A DNA stretch of 32,000 bases from Prochlorococcus marinus subsp. pastoris str. CCMP1986 (GCF_000011465.1 NC_005072.1:810001-842000); one strand, 5' to 3'. Shown: positions 8,727 to 18,955, counted from the first letter of the stretch. Numbers and translations are program-made. Notes: generated by a model not told the origin, from the letters alone.

Positions 8727-8990
8727 ATGAAGTTTGCTGAAATTAGCCCTCTTTATTTTTATAGCGATAGACTTTTAGAGTGGCAAGACAAGTCTCGTTT
8801 GAGATAGTCAAGAGACTCAAAAATAATAATTTTTTCTTGCTTTCTCGCGATCAGCATTTATTTTATCCATTTAAAAATTCAGTTGTTGATCCTCAATCCG
8901 TATATGGGAGTACCTCAAACCGTACATTTATTTTAGTCTGATGATTAGTCTTCCTAGTTAGAACATAGTAGTAGCAGTCATGAGTTCAAA

Positions 8991-9176
8991 ATGTCCTCAA
9001 CACCAATCAAATCTTGTAAAAAATATGTACTAAGTTACAAAGATTCATCAAACAGTACACATCAATTAGGATTCTATGCTCGCGATGCTTACGATTGCCT
9101 GATTCTTGCAAGAGAATTTAATTCTTACGTTCATGATCATCCACGATCGGTGGTCAGAATCCAACAAAAATTTTGA
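8991..9176 (+). CDS. Hypothetical microprotein
   Basis: 61-aa ORF MSSTPIKSCKKYVLSYKDSSNSTHQLGFYARDAYDCLILAREFNSYVHDHPRSVVRIQQKF. Confidence 0.55.
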   Translation: MSSTPIKSCKKYVLSYKDSSNSTHQLGFYARDAYDCLILAREFNSYVHDHPRSVVRIQQKF

Positions 9177-9183
9177 GATTATT

Positions 9184-9372
9184 ATGAATTTAAAAACATC
9201 ACCATCCGCAATTCAAGATAAGAAATTAAGGGATCTTGATCTTGCAAAAGAATATCCGACTCTTAAAGATTTAATGAAAGAACAGGGAGTTTCAAATGAC
9301 TTATCAGATTACTGGGATAATGAATGTGAATTGAATCCATCCAACCCACATTGCTTGGAATACGACGATTAG
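9184..9372 (+). CDS. CP12-like C-terminal-domain microprotein
   Basis: ATG at 9184 gives MNLKTSPSAIQDKKLRDLDLAKEYPTLKDLMKEQGVSNDLSDYWDNECELNPSNPHCLEYDD. The C-x2-N-P-x4-C-x2-Y-D-D tail matches the spacing of the CP12 C-terminal disulfide hairpin. Confidence 0.6.
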   Translation: MNLKTSPSAIQDKKLRDLDLAKEYPTLKDLMKEQGVSNDLSDYWDNECELNPSNPHCLEYDD

Positions 9373-9488
9373 CTCAATAGCGATCAGCCTCTTACTTAGT
9401 TCATATCAATTATTTTAGTATTTTCTACTTATTGAAACTAATAATTTTTCTAACTAGAATTCTAAAAATTATAAATTTGGGGAAATTT

Positions 9489-9632
9489 ATGAGTGGAGAT
9501 TATGAGACATTAGAAAAGAATCAACCTAAGATTTCTTATTTTAAAAAAAGATCAGAAGATACTACTTTATGGTTAAATGAAATGATTAATAAGATTGAAG
9601 ATATGAAGAACAAAGTATCTGATGCTGCTTAA
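9489..9632 (+). CDS. Hypothetical microprotein
   Basis: ATG at 9489 gives MSGDYETLEKNQPKISYFKKRSEDTTLWLNEMINKIEDMKNKVSDAA. Confidence 0.45.
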   Translation: MSGDYETLEKNQPKISYFKKRSEDTTLWLNEMINKIEDMKNKVSDAA

Positions 9633-9739
9633 TAAATGACGAATAAAGTCTAATCTCTTTTATATCTTTTCTTTTCCTTCAAATAAATGTAAGAAAAAAT
9701 CTAAGATTAAAACTATTAACATCAAAAAGTTCATTAAAA

Positions 9740-9813
9740 TGTCAATGGGCGGATTTGAACCGCCGACCGCGACGATATGAATGTCGTGCTCTAACCAACT
9801 GAGCTACATTGAC
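9740..9813 (-). tRNA. tRNA with CAU anticodon (probably elongator Met)
   Basis: Reverse complement folds as GTCAATG/CATTGAC acceptor stem, GCTC..GAGC D-arm, CGACA-TTCATAT-CGTCG anticodon arm (one mismatched closing pair), GGCGGTTCAAATCCGCC T-arm. A tRNA-Ile with a lysidine-modified CAU anticodon cannot be excluded by eye. Confidence 0.9.
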
Positions 9814-10327
9814 GTGAATTATATCTTACTATTTCATTGCATTATTGAGCAATTATTTATTTAATTTCGACTGAATCAAAAAGTATATTTTTAAATTATT
9901 TTTTTTCAATCTTTGATATTTCTTTAAATATACGTCCATATCATTTCTAATATTATTCGCTGCTTTTACATTGTTTAGATGTTTCCATTCTTTTTCTGTA
10001 GCTTATCCCATAGCCCATGTATGACATAAATACATACTGACTGCTAATGAGTACCGTCTTCGTACTCTCTCAGTTTATCTCAGGTTCAGAAGCAATCTAA
10101 TCTTGAATATAACTTCTATTCCTTTCATTTAACAATCCACCAATTGTAGTCTTTTTACGCAAATTCCTAAATAAGTTTGTCTGTTATCAAGATCCCATTG
10201 AATTGTATTATTTAATTAGCATATTAGTATTGCCTAGAATTCTAAAGTAATACTTATGATATTGATGAAATTATTCTAGTAAATGATATTTATCTATCCA
10301 ACCTAAAAAGTTCAAGCATGAGTTGCC

Positions 10328-10810
10328 TTAGTTAGCATTTTTAGAATTTATCTGTTTATAAGCTTCATATATAGCTATTCCACACGCTACGGATAAATTT
10401 AGACTCCTTACACCTTTGGGATCATTATTCGATAACGCCACTTTGGGCATAAATATTGATATTAATGAATTACTAGCGTTAATAATATTATTAGGTAATC
10501 CAGTGTCTTCCCTACCAAATAATAATATATCGTCTTCGTGAAATCTAAAGTCTTTCAAGTAAACCCCATTTTTTTTGCTAAAGGCAATAATTCTTTTATT
10601 TTTTTTTGAATCTTTAAAGTTATTAAAGTTAGAATAATTTTTTAATTTTACTAACGGCCAATAATCTAGACCAGCTCTTTTTAAATATTTATCTTCTAAT
10701 TTAAAACCTAAAGGCTCGATTAAATTTAATGTGATATCAAAAGCAGCACAAGTTCTGGCTATACTCCCTGTATTTTGAGGAATCCTTGGTTCAAAAAGTG
10801 AAATTTCCAA
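10328..10810 (-). CDS. trmL: tRNA (cytidine(34)-2'-O)-methyltransferase (SpoU/TrmL family)
   Basis: MEISLFEPRIPQNTGSIARTCAAF, ILLFGREDTGLPN and IPM...LNLSVACGIAIYEA motifs. Confidence 0.9.
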   Translation of the reverse strand: MEISLFEPRIPQNTGSIARTCAAFDITLNLIEPLGFKLEDKYLKRAGLDYWPLVKLKNYSNFNNFKDSKKNKRIIAFSKKNGVYLKDFRFHEDDILLFGREDTGLPNNIINASNSLISIFMPKVALSNNDPKGVRSLNLSVACGIAIYEAYKQINSKNAN

Positions 10811-10813
10811 TTT

Positions 10814-11362
10814 CTAAGTAGGTATTTCAATACTTATGTTATCTAGTTTTATAGCTCTACCATTCAAAGTAAGCCAATTCTCTAGAGAAATCTTAGTAAT
10901 TCTTTTTTGAAGATCTCCAAGCCTCTCTATATATTTATTACCAATTTCATATTCTGAAACCAGACTCCAGCCTACTTGCTCTCCAACAATTAATGTTGTT
11001 TTAACCCTCATTACTAAAAGATCTAAAAGTGAATTAATCATTTTTTCCCATTCCTCATCATTTTTATTGATGCTCTCCATTATAAAACCGCCAATAGAAT
11101 CAATCAGAATTGGACCGTTTTCATTTTTTAATGTATTAATTAGGTTATTTGTCTCAACTAATCCCCACTCCTTTGGCCTTCGTTTACGATGATTATTGAT
11201 CTTTTTTTGCCAATTAATATCTTCGGGTCTTGATTCAGATAATGCTATGTATGTTATTTTACTAATTTTTTTACCCAAATATTCAGCAAATTGGCTCTTC
11301 CCACTCTTTGTACCACCGGTTATAAATATGATATTAGACGAAATATTATCCTTGACTTCCAT
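10814..11362 (-). CDS. cobU: Adenosylcobinamide kinase / adenosylcobinamide-phosphate guanylyltransferase
   Basis: FITGGTKSGKSQFAE P-loop and HRKRRPKEWGLVET motif of the CobU/CobP family. Confidence 0.88.
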   Translation of the reverse strand: MEVKDNISSNIIFITGGTKSGKSQFAEYLGKKISKITYIALSESRPEDINWQKKINNHRKRRPKEWGLVETNNLINTLKNENGPILIDSIGGFIMESINKNDEEWEKMINSLLDLLVMRVKTTLIVGEQVGWSLVSEYEIGNKYIERLGDLQKRITKISLENWLTLNGRAIKLDNISIEIPT

Positions 11363-11371
11363 AAAAAAATG

Positions 11372-11686
11372 TTATTTAGAGAAATACCACCATGTTGCAA
11401 GTGGTATTAATGTAGCCGCTACTAATAAGCCAATAACAATATAAATTGATGTTGATGAACTCTCGGCGTCAACATCCCTCATTGCATTAAAATTTGGATC
11501 CACTACTGGGTTATCAATAGAAGAAGGTTGACTTTTTTCGTAATTAATAATTGTTTTTTGTTGACCCACTATAAATAAATCACCAACGTTATTAAAACTT
11601 TCTGCATAAGTACTTATTGGTAGTGCAATGAAAAGAAAACCTATCATTACAATTGAAAAAAAAGGTTTATAAATAATTTTTTTCAT
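11372..11686 (-). CDS. Hypothetical protein with N-terminal signal peptide and C-terminal transmembrane helix
   Basis: 104 aa: signal-peptide-like MKKIIYKPFFSIVMIGFLFIALPISTYAES and a C-terminal YIVIGLLVAATLIPLATWWYFSK. Confidence 0.6.
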   Translation of the reverse strand: MKKIIYKPFFSIVMIGFLFIALPISTYAESFNNVGDLFIVGQQKTIINYEKSQPSSIDNPVVDPNFNAMRDVDAESSSTSIYIVIGLLVAATLIPLATWWYFSK

Positions 11687-11797
11687 TTTAGTTTTAGATT
11701 AATTATATAATAATAAACTATAAGCCTGAATTTCTTTGATATAAAAATCAAATATAATTATTAGAACTGATTTTTAAATTTACTATATTATATTTTC

Positions 11798-12424
11798 ATG
11801 AATTTTAATGGTAAAACGTTAATCATTATTGGTTCTATTCTCTTTTTCTTTCAATTAGGGAATTTTTTTTCAATAGATTCAATTTCCCCAGCATTAGAAA
11901 GAGCACAAGTATTATCCGCTATATCATCTGTAATTATTGTATTAATAGGTTTTTTATTTAAGCAATTTAATCCAAATTTAGGAGATAAAGTTAAATTAAA
12001 AGGTGAAAATAAATTTATATTCGAGCCTGATATACCTCGGGATATTTTAGATGAATTGGCATGGGGCACAGAAGCAATATTAACTTCAACAGCCGCGGCT
12101 ACGGTATTAATTCATAATGATGGTAAAAACATCTTAAAAAGAGGTATCACAACGAATAATGTTTTTAAACCTGGTGAAACTTGTAATAGATCTTTAAAAG
12201 ATATGAAATTAATTTCATTAGCAAATACAAAATTTTATCCAGGAAGAGATGAATTTTTCAGTTTCTGCCCAAACGTACCTTCCATCTTAATAATTCCAAT
12301 AAATAGTAAATCTTTCATTTTAATAGGAGGATGGAGTTATAGATGTTTTACTAAGTCAGATGAAAAATGGATTAATAATTGGTCTAAAAAAGTAAATAAT
12401 ATATTTATAAAAAATAGTTTTTAA
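11798..12424 (+). CDS. Cofactor assembly of complex C subunit B-like protein (CCB2/CCB4, DUF2930 family)
   Basis: Two N-terminal TM helices followed by LDELAWGTEAILTSTAAATVLIHNDGKNILKRG, resembling the cyanobacterial CCB2/CCB4 family. Confidence 0.6.
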   Translation: MNFNGKTLIIIGSILFFFQLGNFFSIDSISPALERAQVLSAISSVIIVLIGFLFKQFNPNLGDKVKLKGENKFIFEPDIPRDILDELAWGTEAILTSTAAATVLIHNDGKNILKRGITTNNVFKPGETCNRSLKDMKLISLANTKFYPGRDEFFSFCPNVPSILIIPINSKSFILIGGWSYRCFTKSDEKWINNWSKKVNNIFIKNSF

Positions 12425-13047
12425 TAATATATTTTAGAACGAACTCTTGCTTCTTTTGATTTGAAATTTACAGATTTATTATCAATATTATAGTAAGCAT
12501 TCTCAGAGTTGATTTCATATCCACTATCTTTGATATTGTCTTTAAATTTATATTTTACAGGATTAAAAAATTCAATAATATTGGTATTTTTTTTTAAAAT
12601 TGCTTTATTCGAGCTTAATGTTACTAGACTATTTTCAAATTTAACATTTCCTATTAATAAATACTCAGAACTTTGAATATTCCAGGTAAAACTATTAGCT
12701 GTTAATTTATCCCCTTCTTGAATAATAGTTTTGACTAATACATTACCATCTAATTCTAATATTTTATTATTATTAGATAATTTTGAATTATCTGAATTTA
12801 TTATATATTCAAGATTATTATCTTTGAATAAATTTATTGTTGTTTCTTTAAGATCAAATGAATTTCTCTCTTTATCGTAGTTAGAATGTGGACTTTTAAT
12901 TGAAATCAATTTTTCTCCCTCTTTAGAGAATATATTCATATTCAAAGTATTAATACTTTGACTTAAATATTTCTCGTCTATTTCCTTATTCTTACATCCA
13001 ATAATTATTATTGGTAATATCAGAAAAAGTTTATACCATTTATTCAT
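12421..13047 (-). CDS. lptC: LPS export periplasmic protein LptC-like lipoprotein
   Basis: Lipobox-like PIIIIGCKN, then LptC-type repeats (ILELDGNVLVKT, GDKLTANSFTWNIQSSEYLLIGNVKFEN). Confidence 0.75.
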   Translation of the reverse strand: MNKWYKLFLILPIIIIGCKNKEIDEKYLSQSINTLNMNIFSKEGEKLISIKSPHSNYDKERNSFDLKETTINLFKDNNLEYIINSDNSKLSNNNKILELDGNVLVKTIIQEGDKLTANSFTWNIQSSEYLLIGNVKFENSLVTLSSNKAILKKNTNIIEFFNPVKYKFKDNIKDSGYEINSENAYYNIDNKSVNFKSKEARVRSKIYY

Positions 13048-14575
13048 ATTCGAGCTTTTCTATTACTGGATTTGGTGCTGGTAAAATTGATTCATGTATT
13101 AATTTACCCCAATCTAATTGCTTTTTCCAAGATCCTTTTTCGTTATATAATAAACCGAGTTGCTGATCAATTTTTGAAGATAAATTAGGTAATATAGGTA
13201 ATAATAATAAGCCAACTATTCTAGTACTTTCTAAAACATTATAAATAATATTGCTTACAAGAGGTATATTTTTTTCATCTTTAATTAATGTCCAAGGTTG
13301 TTTTTCATTAAGATACAAATTTGTATTAATTGCAAGACTAAGGATTACATTAGCTGCTAAATCTAATTCATAAGAATTAAAATGTCTAAAATAATTCTCA
13401 ACTGTCTTTTTTGCATATAATTCCAGAGAATTATCTTTACTTAACATCTCATTACTTGGAACTCTATTATCAAACCATTTTCTAGACATCGAAGAGGTTC
13501 TATTTAATAAATTTCCAATTGTATTTGCCAAATCGTTATTGATGATATCCACGAATCTTTTATTTTGAAAATCACCATCTTGCCCCAATGTAATATCTTT
13601 TAGTAGATACCATCTAACAGCTTCTTTACCGTATTTTGATAATAAAATATCTGGATCTAATACATTTCCTAAGCTTTTACCCATTTTTTGTCCTTCTCTA
13701 GTAAGAAAACCATGACCATAAACCTTTTTAGGCACTTTCATACCGGCGGAAATTAGCATTGCAGGCCAATAGACTGCATGAAACCTGAGAATATCTTTAC
13801 CTATTAAATGAATATCAGCAGGCCAACCATTATCAATTGATTCATCTAATGACGGTTCTTTCATATCAAGGCTTATCGCACTGACATAACCCAGCAAAGC
13901 ATCAAACCAAACATAAAAAGTATGGTTATCAATATCTGGGACTGATATACCCCAAGATACATTTGTTCTTGATATTGAAAAATCTTTTAAACCTTTAGAT
14001 ACGAAATTGATAATTTCATTTCTTCTTTCTTTTGGCTGGATAAATGCAGGCTCTTTAATAAGTTCCTCTATTTGTGATTGATATTTTGACAACTTAAAAA
14101 AAAGATTTTCCTCATTTTTCCATTCCAAAGTTTTTTGATGAATAGGACATTTATGGGTTGGTGAATTATCTGGATTATCTTTAAATTCTTCACAACCAAC
14201 GCAATACCAACCTTTTTGGACTCCCATGTAAATATCGTCTGATTTTTTTACTCTGTTGTAAAATTCTTTAACTATATATTCATGTTTTTGGGAACTTGTT
14301 CTTACGAATTTATTGTGTGTTATGTCCCAATTCTTCCAGTTTTGCTTAAATATATCTGAAATTTCATCACAATGAAATTGAGGTTCAACTCCTTTATTTT
14401 TTGCTGTTCTTTGAATCTTTAGACCATGTTCATCTACTCCGGTAATAAATATCACATCTGCTCCTGTAAGCCTCTTATACCTTGCTATTGAATCACAAAT
14501 CAAAGTAGTATATATACTACCCAAATGAGGTTTATCGTTTACATAATATAACGGTGTAGTAATTACAAAACTCAT
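13040..14575 (-). CDS. metG: Methionyl-tRNA synthetase
   Basis: TPLYYVNDKPHLGSIYT, ITGVDEHGLKIQ and the KMSKS-type GQKMGKSLGNVLDP. Confidence 0.97.
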   Translation of the reverse strand: MSFVITTPLYYVNDKPHLGSIYTTLICDSIARYKRLTGADVIFITGVDEHGLKIQRTAKNKGVEPQFHCDEISDIFKQNWKNWDITHNKFVRTSSQKHEYIVKEFYNRVKKSDDIYMGVQKGWYCVGCEEFKDNPDNSPTHKCPIHQKTLEWKNEENLFFKLSKYQSQIEELIKEPAFIQPKERRNEIINFVSKGLKDFSISRTNVSWGISVPDIDNHTFYVWFDALLGYVSAISLDMKEPSLDESIDNGWPADIHLIGKDILRFHAVYWPAMLISAGMKVPKKVYGHGFLTREGQKMGKSLGNVLDPDILLSKYGKEAVRWYLLKDITLGQDGDFQNKRFVDIINNDLANTIGNLLNRTSSMSRKWFDNRVPSNEMLSKDNSLELYAKKTVENYFRHFNSYELDLAANVILSLAINTNLYLNEKQPWTLIKDEKNIPLVSNIIYNVLESTRIVGLLLLPILPNLSSKIDQQLGLLYNEKGSWKKQLDWGKLIHESILPAPNPVIEKLEYE

Positions 14576-14634
14576 AATATTTTTTCCTTATAATAACAAT
14601 TATAAATTGTACAATAGGTCAGTAAAATTTTTAT

Positions 14635-15819
14635 CTAGTGAATAAACTCTAATAAATTATTATTACTTATATTATATTTAACTTTATATATTTTATTAGT
14701 ATAAGTTTCTACAGAAATAAAGAGTACAATCAATAGTTCCAATGAATATTCTGGAAAGTATACTAAAGCAATACCTTTTTTATTATTTATCCATTTTATA
14801 AAGATTATTTTATGGGATGTTTTTATTTCATTCTTAAAGAATATATTTAAATATTTTAATTTATCATTTTTGTAAATATTATTATTTTCTAATTGTTTAA
14901 TTTTTGTGATATCTATTAATTCATTAATCTTATTATGACTTAATCTCTCAATATTATTTATATTATTAAAAACTTGTCTTTGAACAATTAAATCTAAATA
15001 TCTTCTTAGTGGAGACGTACATTGAGTATACTTAAGTAGACCTAACGATTCATGTTTATTAGCCTTAGTAGTTATATAACTTTTACCCATATATTGCTTT
15101 AATATTGAATATTTTATATCACTATCTTTGTATCTTTCTAATATCTCTTCTGCATCACAATTGATTTTATGAGTTCTGTAGGGAGTAGCTATATTATTTT
15201 CAAATAAATATAAACTAGTGACATAACCCATTAGTATCATGGATTCAGATACAATGGAATGAGAAATACTTTTTTGTATATTAATAATTTCTACATTACC
15301 ATTTTTAATATTAATTTTATAACCTGGAGTATCAAAAATAATTGCTCCTTGTTTCTTTCGATAATTAATACTATTAAGTAGTAAATTCTTAATTTCAACT
15401 ATCTCAAATTCTTCTTTAGGTTCTAATTCAATAATTTCTTCTGCATCTTCATATAATAATTGATATTTTGGTTTTATTTTTGCCTCTACTATTTCATATT
15501 TATTAATTGAACCATCATCATTAAAGATAATTGAGGCACTTATTGTATCTGAAATTTTATTTTGATTTAAATTTGCTTTTTCTATAATTTCAGTTGGCAG
15601 CATAGGAATATATTGATTAATTAAGTAGAGGCTGCTACTTTTACTTCTTGCATCAATATCAATTTTTGAATCTGTTAAAAATAATTTGCATGGATTGCTA
15701 ATATGTATCCATAATTTTTTTTTGTTTCCTTCAAATAATTCCAGGGAAAAAGCATCATCAACTTCTTTTGGATCCTTGGAATCAATTATAAAAGTTTTTA
15801 AATTAGTTAAATCTCTCAA
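14635..15819 (-). CDS. RNase II/R-family exoribonuclease, short form
   Basis: RNB motif IIDSKDPKEVDDAFSLE and the CTSPLRRYLDLIVQRQ motif. Confidence 0.88.
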   Translation of the reverse strand: MRDLTNLKTFIIDSKDPKEVDDAFSLELFEGNKKKLWIHISNPCKLFLTDSKIDIDARSKSSSLYLINQYIPMLPTEIIEKANLNQNKISDTISASIIFNDDGSINKYEIVEAKIKPKYQLLYEDAEEIIELEPKEEFEIVEIKNLLLNSINYRKKQGAIIFDTPGYKINIKNGNVEIINIQKSISHSIVSESMILMGYVTSLYLFENNIATPYRTHKINCDAEEILERYKDSDIKYSILKQYMGKSYITTKANKHESLGLLKYTQCTSPLRRYLDLIVQRQVFNNINNIERLSHNKINELIDITKIKQLENNNIYKNDKLKYLNIFFKNEIKTSHKIIFIKWINNKKGIALVYFPEYSLELLIVLFISVETYTNKIYKVKYNISNNNLLEFIH

Positions 15820-15858
15820 ATATTTAAAATATTATTCAAATAACTATTATTTATAAAA

Positions 15859-16080
15859 TTATCCTTCAGGATTCACAAATGGCAATAAAGCAACAATTCT
15901 TGCTCTTTTTACTGCCAATGTTAAATCTCTTTGTTGTTTGGAGGTCAATCCAGTCATTCTTCTTGGTAATATCTTTCCTCTTTCAGTTATGAATTTTTTA
16001 AGAAGCTCAACGTCTTTATAATCGATTGGGTCACCAGGTTTAATTGGGGATAATTGTTTTTTAAAAATGGAATTTGGCAT
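15859..16080 (-). CDS. rpsR: 30S ribosomal protein S18
   Basis: [50 protein letters not shown]. Confidence 0.97.
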   Translation of the reverse strand: MPNSIFKKQLSPIKPGDPIDYKDVELLKKFITERGKILPRRMTGLTSKQQRDLTLAVKRARIVALLPFVNPEG

Positions 16081-16088
16081 TGTTTTTC

Positions 16089-16283
16089 TTATTTAATTTC
16101 TTTGTGAATTGTCATTTTGTTTAGATGTGGATTGAATTTTTTAAGTTCTAATCTTTCAGTAGTATTCCTTTTGTTTTTTTCAGTTGTATATCTGGAAACA
16201 CCATTAGATCTCCTTGGTTCTGAACTTGTTCTAGCTTCAGTACATTCTAAGGTTACGACAACTCTTGTACCTTTTTTCGCCAT
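16089..16283 (-). CDS. rpmG: 50S ribosomal protein L33
   Basis: [19 protein letters not shown]...[33 protein letters not shown]. The internal ATG at 16283 is the likely start; the track ORF begins upstream at 16343. Confidence 0.95.
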   Translation of the reverse strand: MAKKGTRVVVTLECTEARTSSEPRRSNGVSRYTTEKNKRNTTERLELKKFNPHLNKMTIHKEIK

Positions 16284-16384
16284 TTTGATTAATACGTTGT
16301 TGTATAATTTTCTATTGTACAACTTCAAGAAACTATTTTGCATATATTTGCTTTTCTTTTAGTATCATTAGACAAAAATAATAA

Positions 16385-18850
16385 ATGAAGGTCTCTCAGA
16401 ATTGGTTGAAATCTCTTGTAGAAATAAATACTACAGCACACGATTTATCGGAAAAATTATCAATAGGTGGTTTCGAAGTTGAGTCACTTGTTGATTGTTC
16501 AGAAAATGTAAAAGGTATAGTTCTTGGAAAGGTTTTGTCAGTAGTTAAGCATGAGAATTCAGATAAGTTATCTATATGCATTGTTGACATCGGAAGGTCT
16601 AATCCTTTACAAATTGTTTGTGGAGCAAAAAATGTAAAACAAAATATATATGTTTATGTAGCTACTGTTGGTACACATTTAAGTGCGATAAATTTAACTA
16701 TTAAAAAGAGTGAAATAAGAGGTGTTTCTAGTGAAGGAATGATTTGTTCGCTAGAAGAATTAGGAATTGAAGATACTAGTGAGGGTATCGCCATTATTGA
16801 TGAGGATATAGCTTTAAATCATAATTTAGGGACATCAGGAGCTGAATTACTTGATCTCAACGACTACATCTACGATTTAGCGATTACTGCAAATAGACCT
16901 GATGGCATGTCTGTAGTTGGAATTGCAAGAGAAATATCTGCTCTTTTGGAAACTAAGTTAAACTTTCCAGGTTTAAAAACTAGGTATAAAACAAATGTTT
17001 ATAAAAATTTTAATCTCTGCCCTGAGGCAATCTCAAAAAATTGTCTTTATTCAATAAGCAATATTGAGTCTGTCAATGGGAAGCAATTATCTCCGGGATG
17101 GCTCAAAGATCGTTTAGATAAATCAGGGATTAAATCTATTAATCTTTTGGTAGACATAACTAACTACATTCTTTTAGAACAAGGACAACCATTACATGCA
17201 TTTGATAAAGACAAATTATCTAATTTAATTGGCCGAAAGGTTTCATATGAGGATTTCTCGGTTAGAAAGGCAAATAATAATGAAAGTCTTTTGTGTTTGA
17301 ATGGCGAGAATTATAAATTAAATGAAAATATAACTATCATCGCTTGTGACGATAAACCAGTCGCTATAGCAGGTGTAATTGGTGGTTTGGAAACAGCTGT
17401 AAATGAGGACACTTCTTCAATTTATCTTGAAGGAGCAGTTTTTAATCCTGTTATTATTAGAAAATCATCTAAAGTAATAGGAATTAGAACAGAATCAAGT
17501 AGCAGATATGAAAAAGGAATTTCCTATAAAAATACTTTAGATTCAGTTACCCGCGCTATTAATATCTTAGAAGAATACTTTAATATTACGAGTCCAATAA
17601 TTAATACTTCCACTGAGCTGGATTTAAAAAAAATATTAATACCTTTGAGAAGGGAAAGAATTAAAAAAATACTTGGTCCAATTGTAATTAGAAATGAAAA
17701 TTACGAGAATAATAGTAAATTGGAAAAAAGATATTTAACAGATACAGAAATAACAGAGAAATTAAAGCTAATAGGATGCACTTTAAACATAAAGGAATAT
17801 GGATGGGATGTAGAAATTATTCCCAACAGGTCCCAAGATTTATTACGAGAAATTGATTTAATAGAGGAAATTGCAAGGTTAATCGGTTATGACATGTTTG
17901 ATTTGAATTTACCAAATCCCATAAAACCAGGAAAGCTTTCTTCATTTCAAATAGCATTAAGGAAATTAAAAACCGGATTAATAGTTAATGGATTTAACGA
18001 AGTATTGTCTTATTCTCTCGTTCCAGAAAGTAAGAATAATTTAATAAAGATTTCAAATCCATTACTGTTGGAAACAAGTTGTTTAAGAGATAATATTTGG
18101 AAAGAGCATATTAATATATGTAATCAAAATATCAAGTCAGGACATGAATATTGTTGGATATTTGAAGTTGGAAATATTTTTCATAAAAAACCTGATTTTT
18201 CACAAGAGGAAATTTTAAATGGAGCTATTTATGGAAATAATAAATTTGAACAATGGTTAGGCTCAAATAAAGATAATAATATGACTTATTACGAGGCCAG
18301 AGGAAAGTTAAAGGAAGCATTATCAATATTAAATTTAAATATAGAAGATAAACCAACTGATACTATAGATTTTCTTCATCCAGGCAGATCATCTAGATTA
18401 TTTACTGAAGGTAATGAAGTTGGATATTTTGGTGAAATCCATCCAAATTTAATTTCTAATAAAATAGCATTAAAAAAAATGTATTTATTTAGTTTAAAAA
18501 TAAACAGTATCTTACAAGCAAGCACTAGAAAAAATAAATGGATAACAGTTTATAAACAATTCCCAACAGTTCCCAAAATGGAGCGTGATATTAATTTTAT
18601 ATTCAATAAAAAATACTTAGTAAGTGAGATAATTTCACAAATAAAAAAATCTGGTACAAAATTATTGGAAAATGTTAATTTAATTGATGTTTATGATGAT
18701 GATAGTTTTGGTAAAGAATTTATAAGCTACACATTTAGATTGTCTTATAGAGATTCTGAAAAAACATTATTAGATTCTGACATAGGATATCTTCACGATA
18801 GTGTTGTTGAAATAATTGAAAAAAAATTCAGCACTAAATTAAGAGATTAA
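16385..18850 (+). CDS. pheT: Phenylalanyl-tRNA synthetase beta subunit
   Basis: MKVSQNWLKSLVEI N-terminus, QPLHAFDKDKL motif, RSQDLLREIDLIEEIARLIGYD, and FDX-ACB domain at the C-terminus. Confidence 0.97.
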   Translation: MKVSQNWLKSLVEINTTAHDLSEKLSIGGFEVESLVDCSENVKGIVLGKVLSVVKHENSDKLSICIVDIGRSNPLQIVCGAKNVKQNIYVYVATVGTHLSAINLTIKKSEIRGVSSEGMICSLEELGIEDTSEGIAIIDEDIALNHNLGTSGAELLDLNDYIYDLAITANRPDGMSVVGIAREISALLETKLNFPGLKTRYKTNVYKNFNLCPEAISKNCLYSISNIESVNGKQLSPGWLKDRLDKSGIKSINLLVDITNYILLEQGQPLHAFDKDKLSNLIGRKVSYEDFSVRKANNNESLLCLNGENYKLNENITIIACDDKPVAIAGVIGGLETAVNEDTSSIYLEGAVFNPVIIRKSSKVIGIRTESSSRYEKGISYKNTLDSVTRAINILEEYFNITSPIINTSTELDLKKILIPLRRERIKKILGPIVIRNENYENNSKLEKRYLTDTEITEKLKLIGCTLNIKEYGWDVEIIPNRSQDLLREIDLIEEIARLIGYDMFDLNLPNPIKPGKLSSFQIALRKLKTGLIVNGFNEVLSYSLVPESKNNLIKISNPLLLETSCLRDNIWKEHINICNQNIKSGHEYCWIFEVGNIFHKKPDFSQEEILNGAIYGNNKFEQWLGSNKDNNMTYYEARGKLKEALSILNLNIEDKPTDTIDFLHPGRSSRLFTEGNEVGYFGEIHPNLISNKIALKKMYLFSLKINSILQASTRKNKWITVYKQFPTVPKMERDINFIFNKKYLVSEIISQIKKSGTKLLENVNLIDVYDDDSFGKEFISYTFRLSYRDSEKTLLDSDIGYLHDSVVEIIEKKFSTKLRD

Positions 18851-18955
18851 TTGTATTGCTATTCTCGTATTAGACTTATTATTAGTCTGCATATAAGTCT
18901 TAAATGAGACGTATAGTATTCGTGTAAATCTAAACCATCATATATAATAGTACTC

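Noticed and set aside
9814-10327. Additional small genes in the tRNA-Met to trmL spacer
   Set aside because: I found no convincing ORF on either strand. A few weak inverted repeats were not stronger than expected for AT-rich DNA.
11196-12069. ORFs 11196..11444 (+) and 11851..12069 (-)
   Set aside because: Shadow ORFs opposite cobU and the CCB-like gene.
16117-16362. 81-aa plus-strand ORF
   Set aside because: Overlaps rpmG antisense. Composition is a shadow of the L33 codons.
16396-16590. 64-aa minus-strand ORF
   Set aside because: Antisense within the pheT N-terminus.
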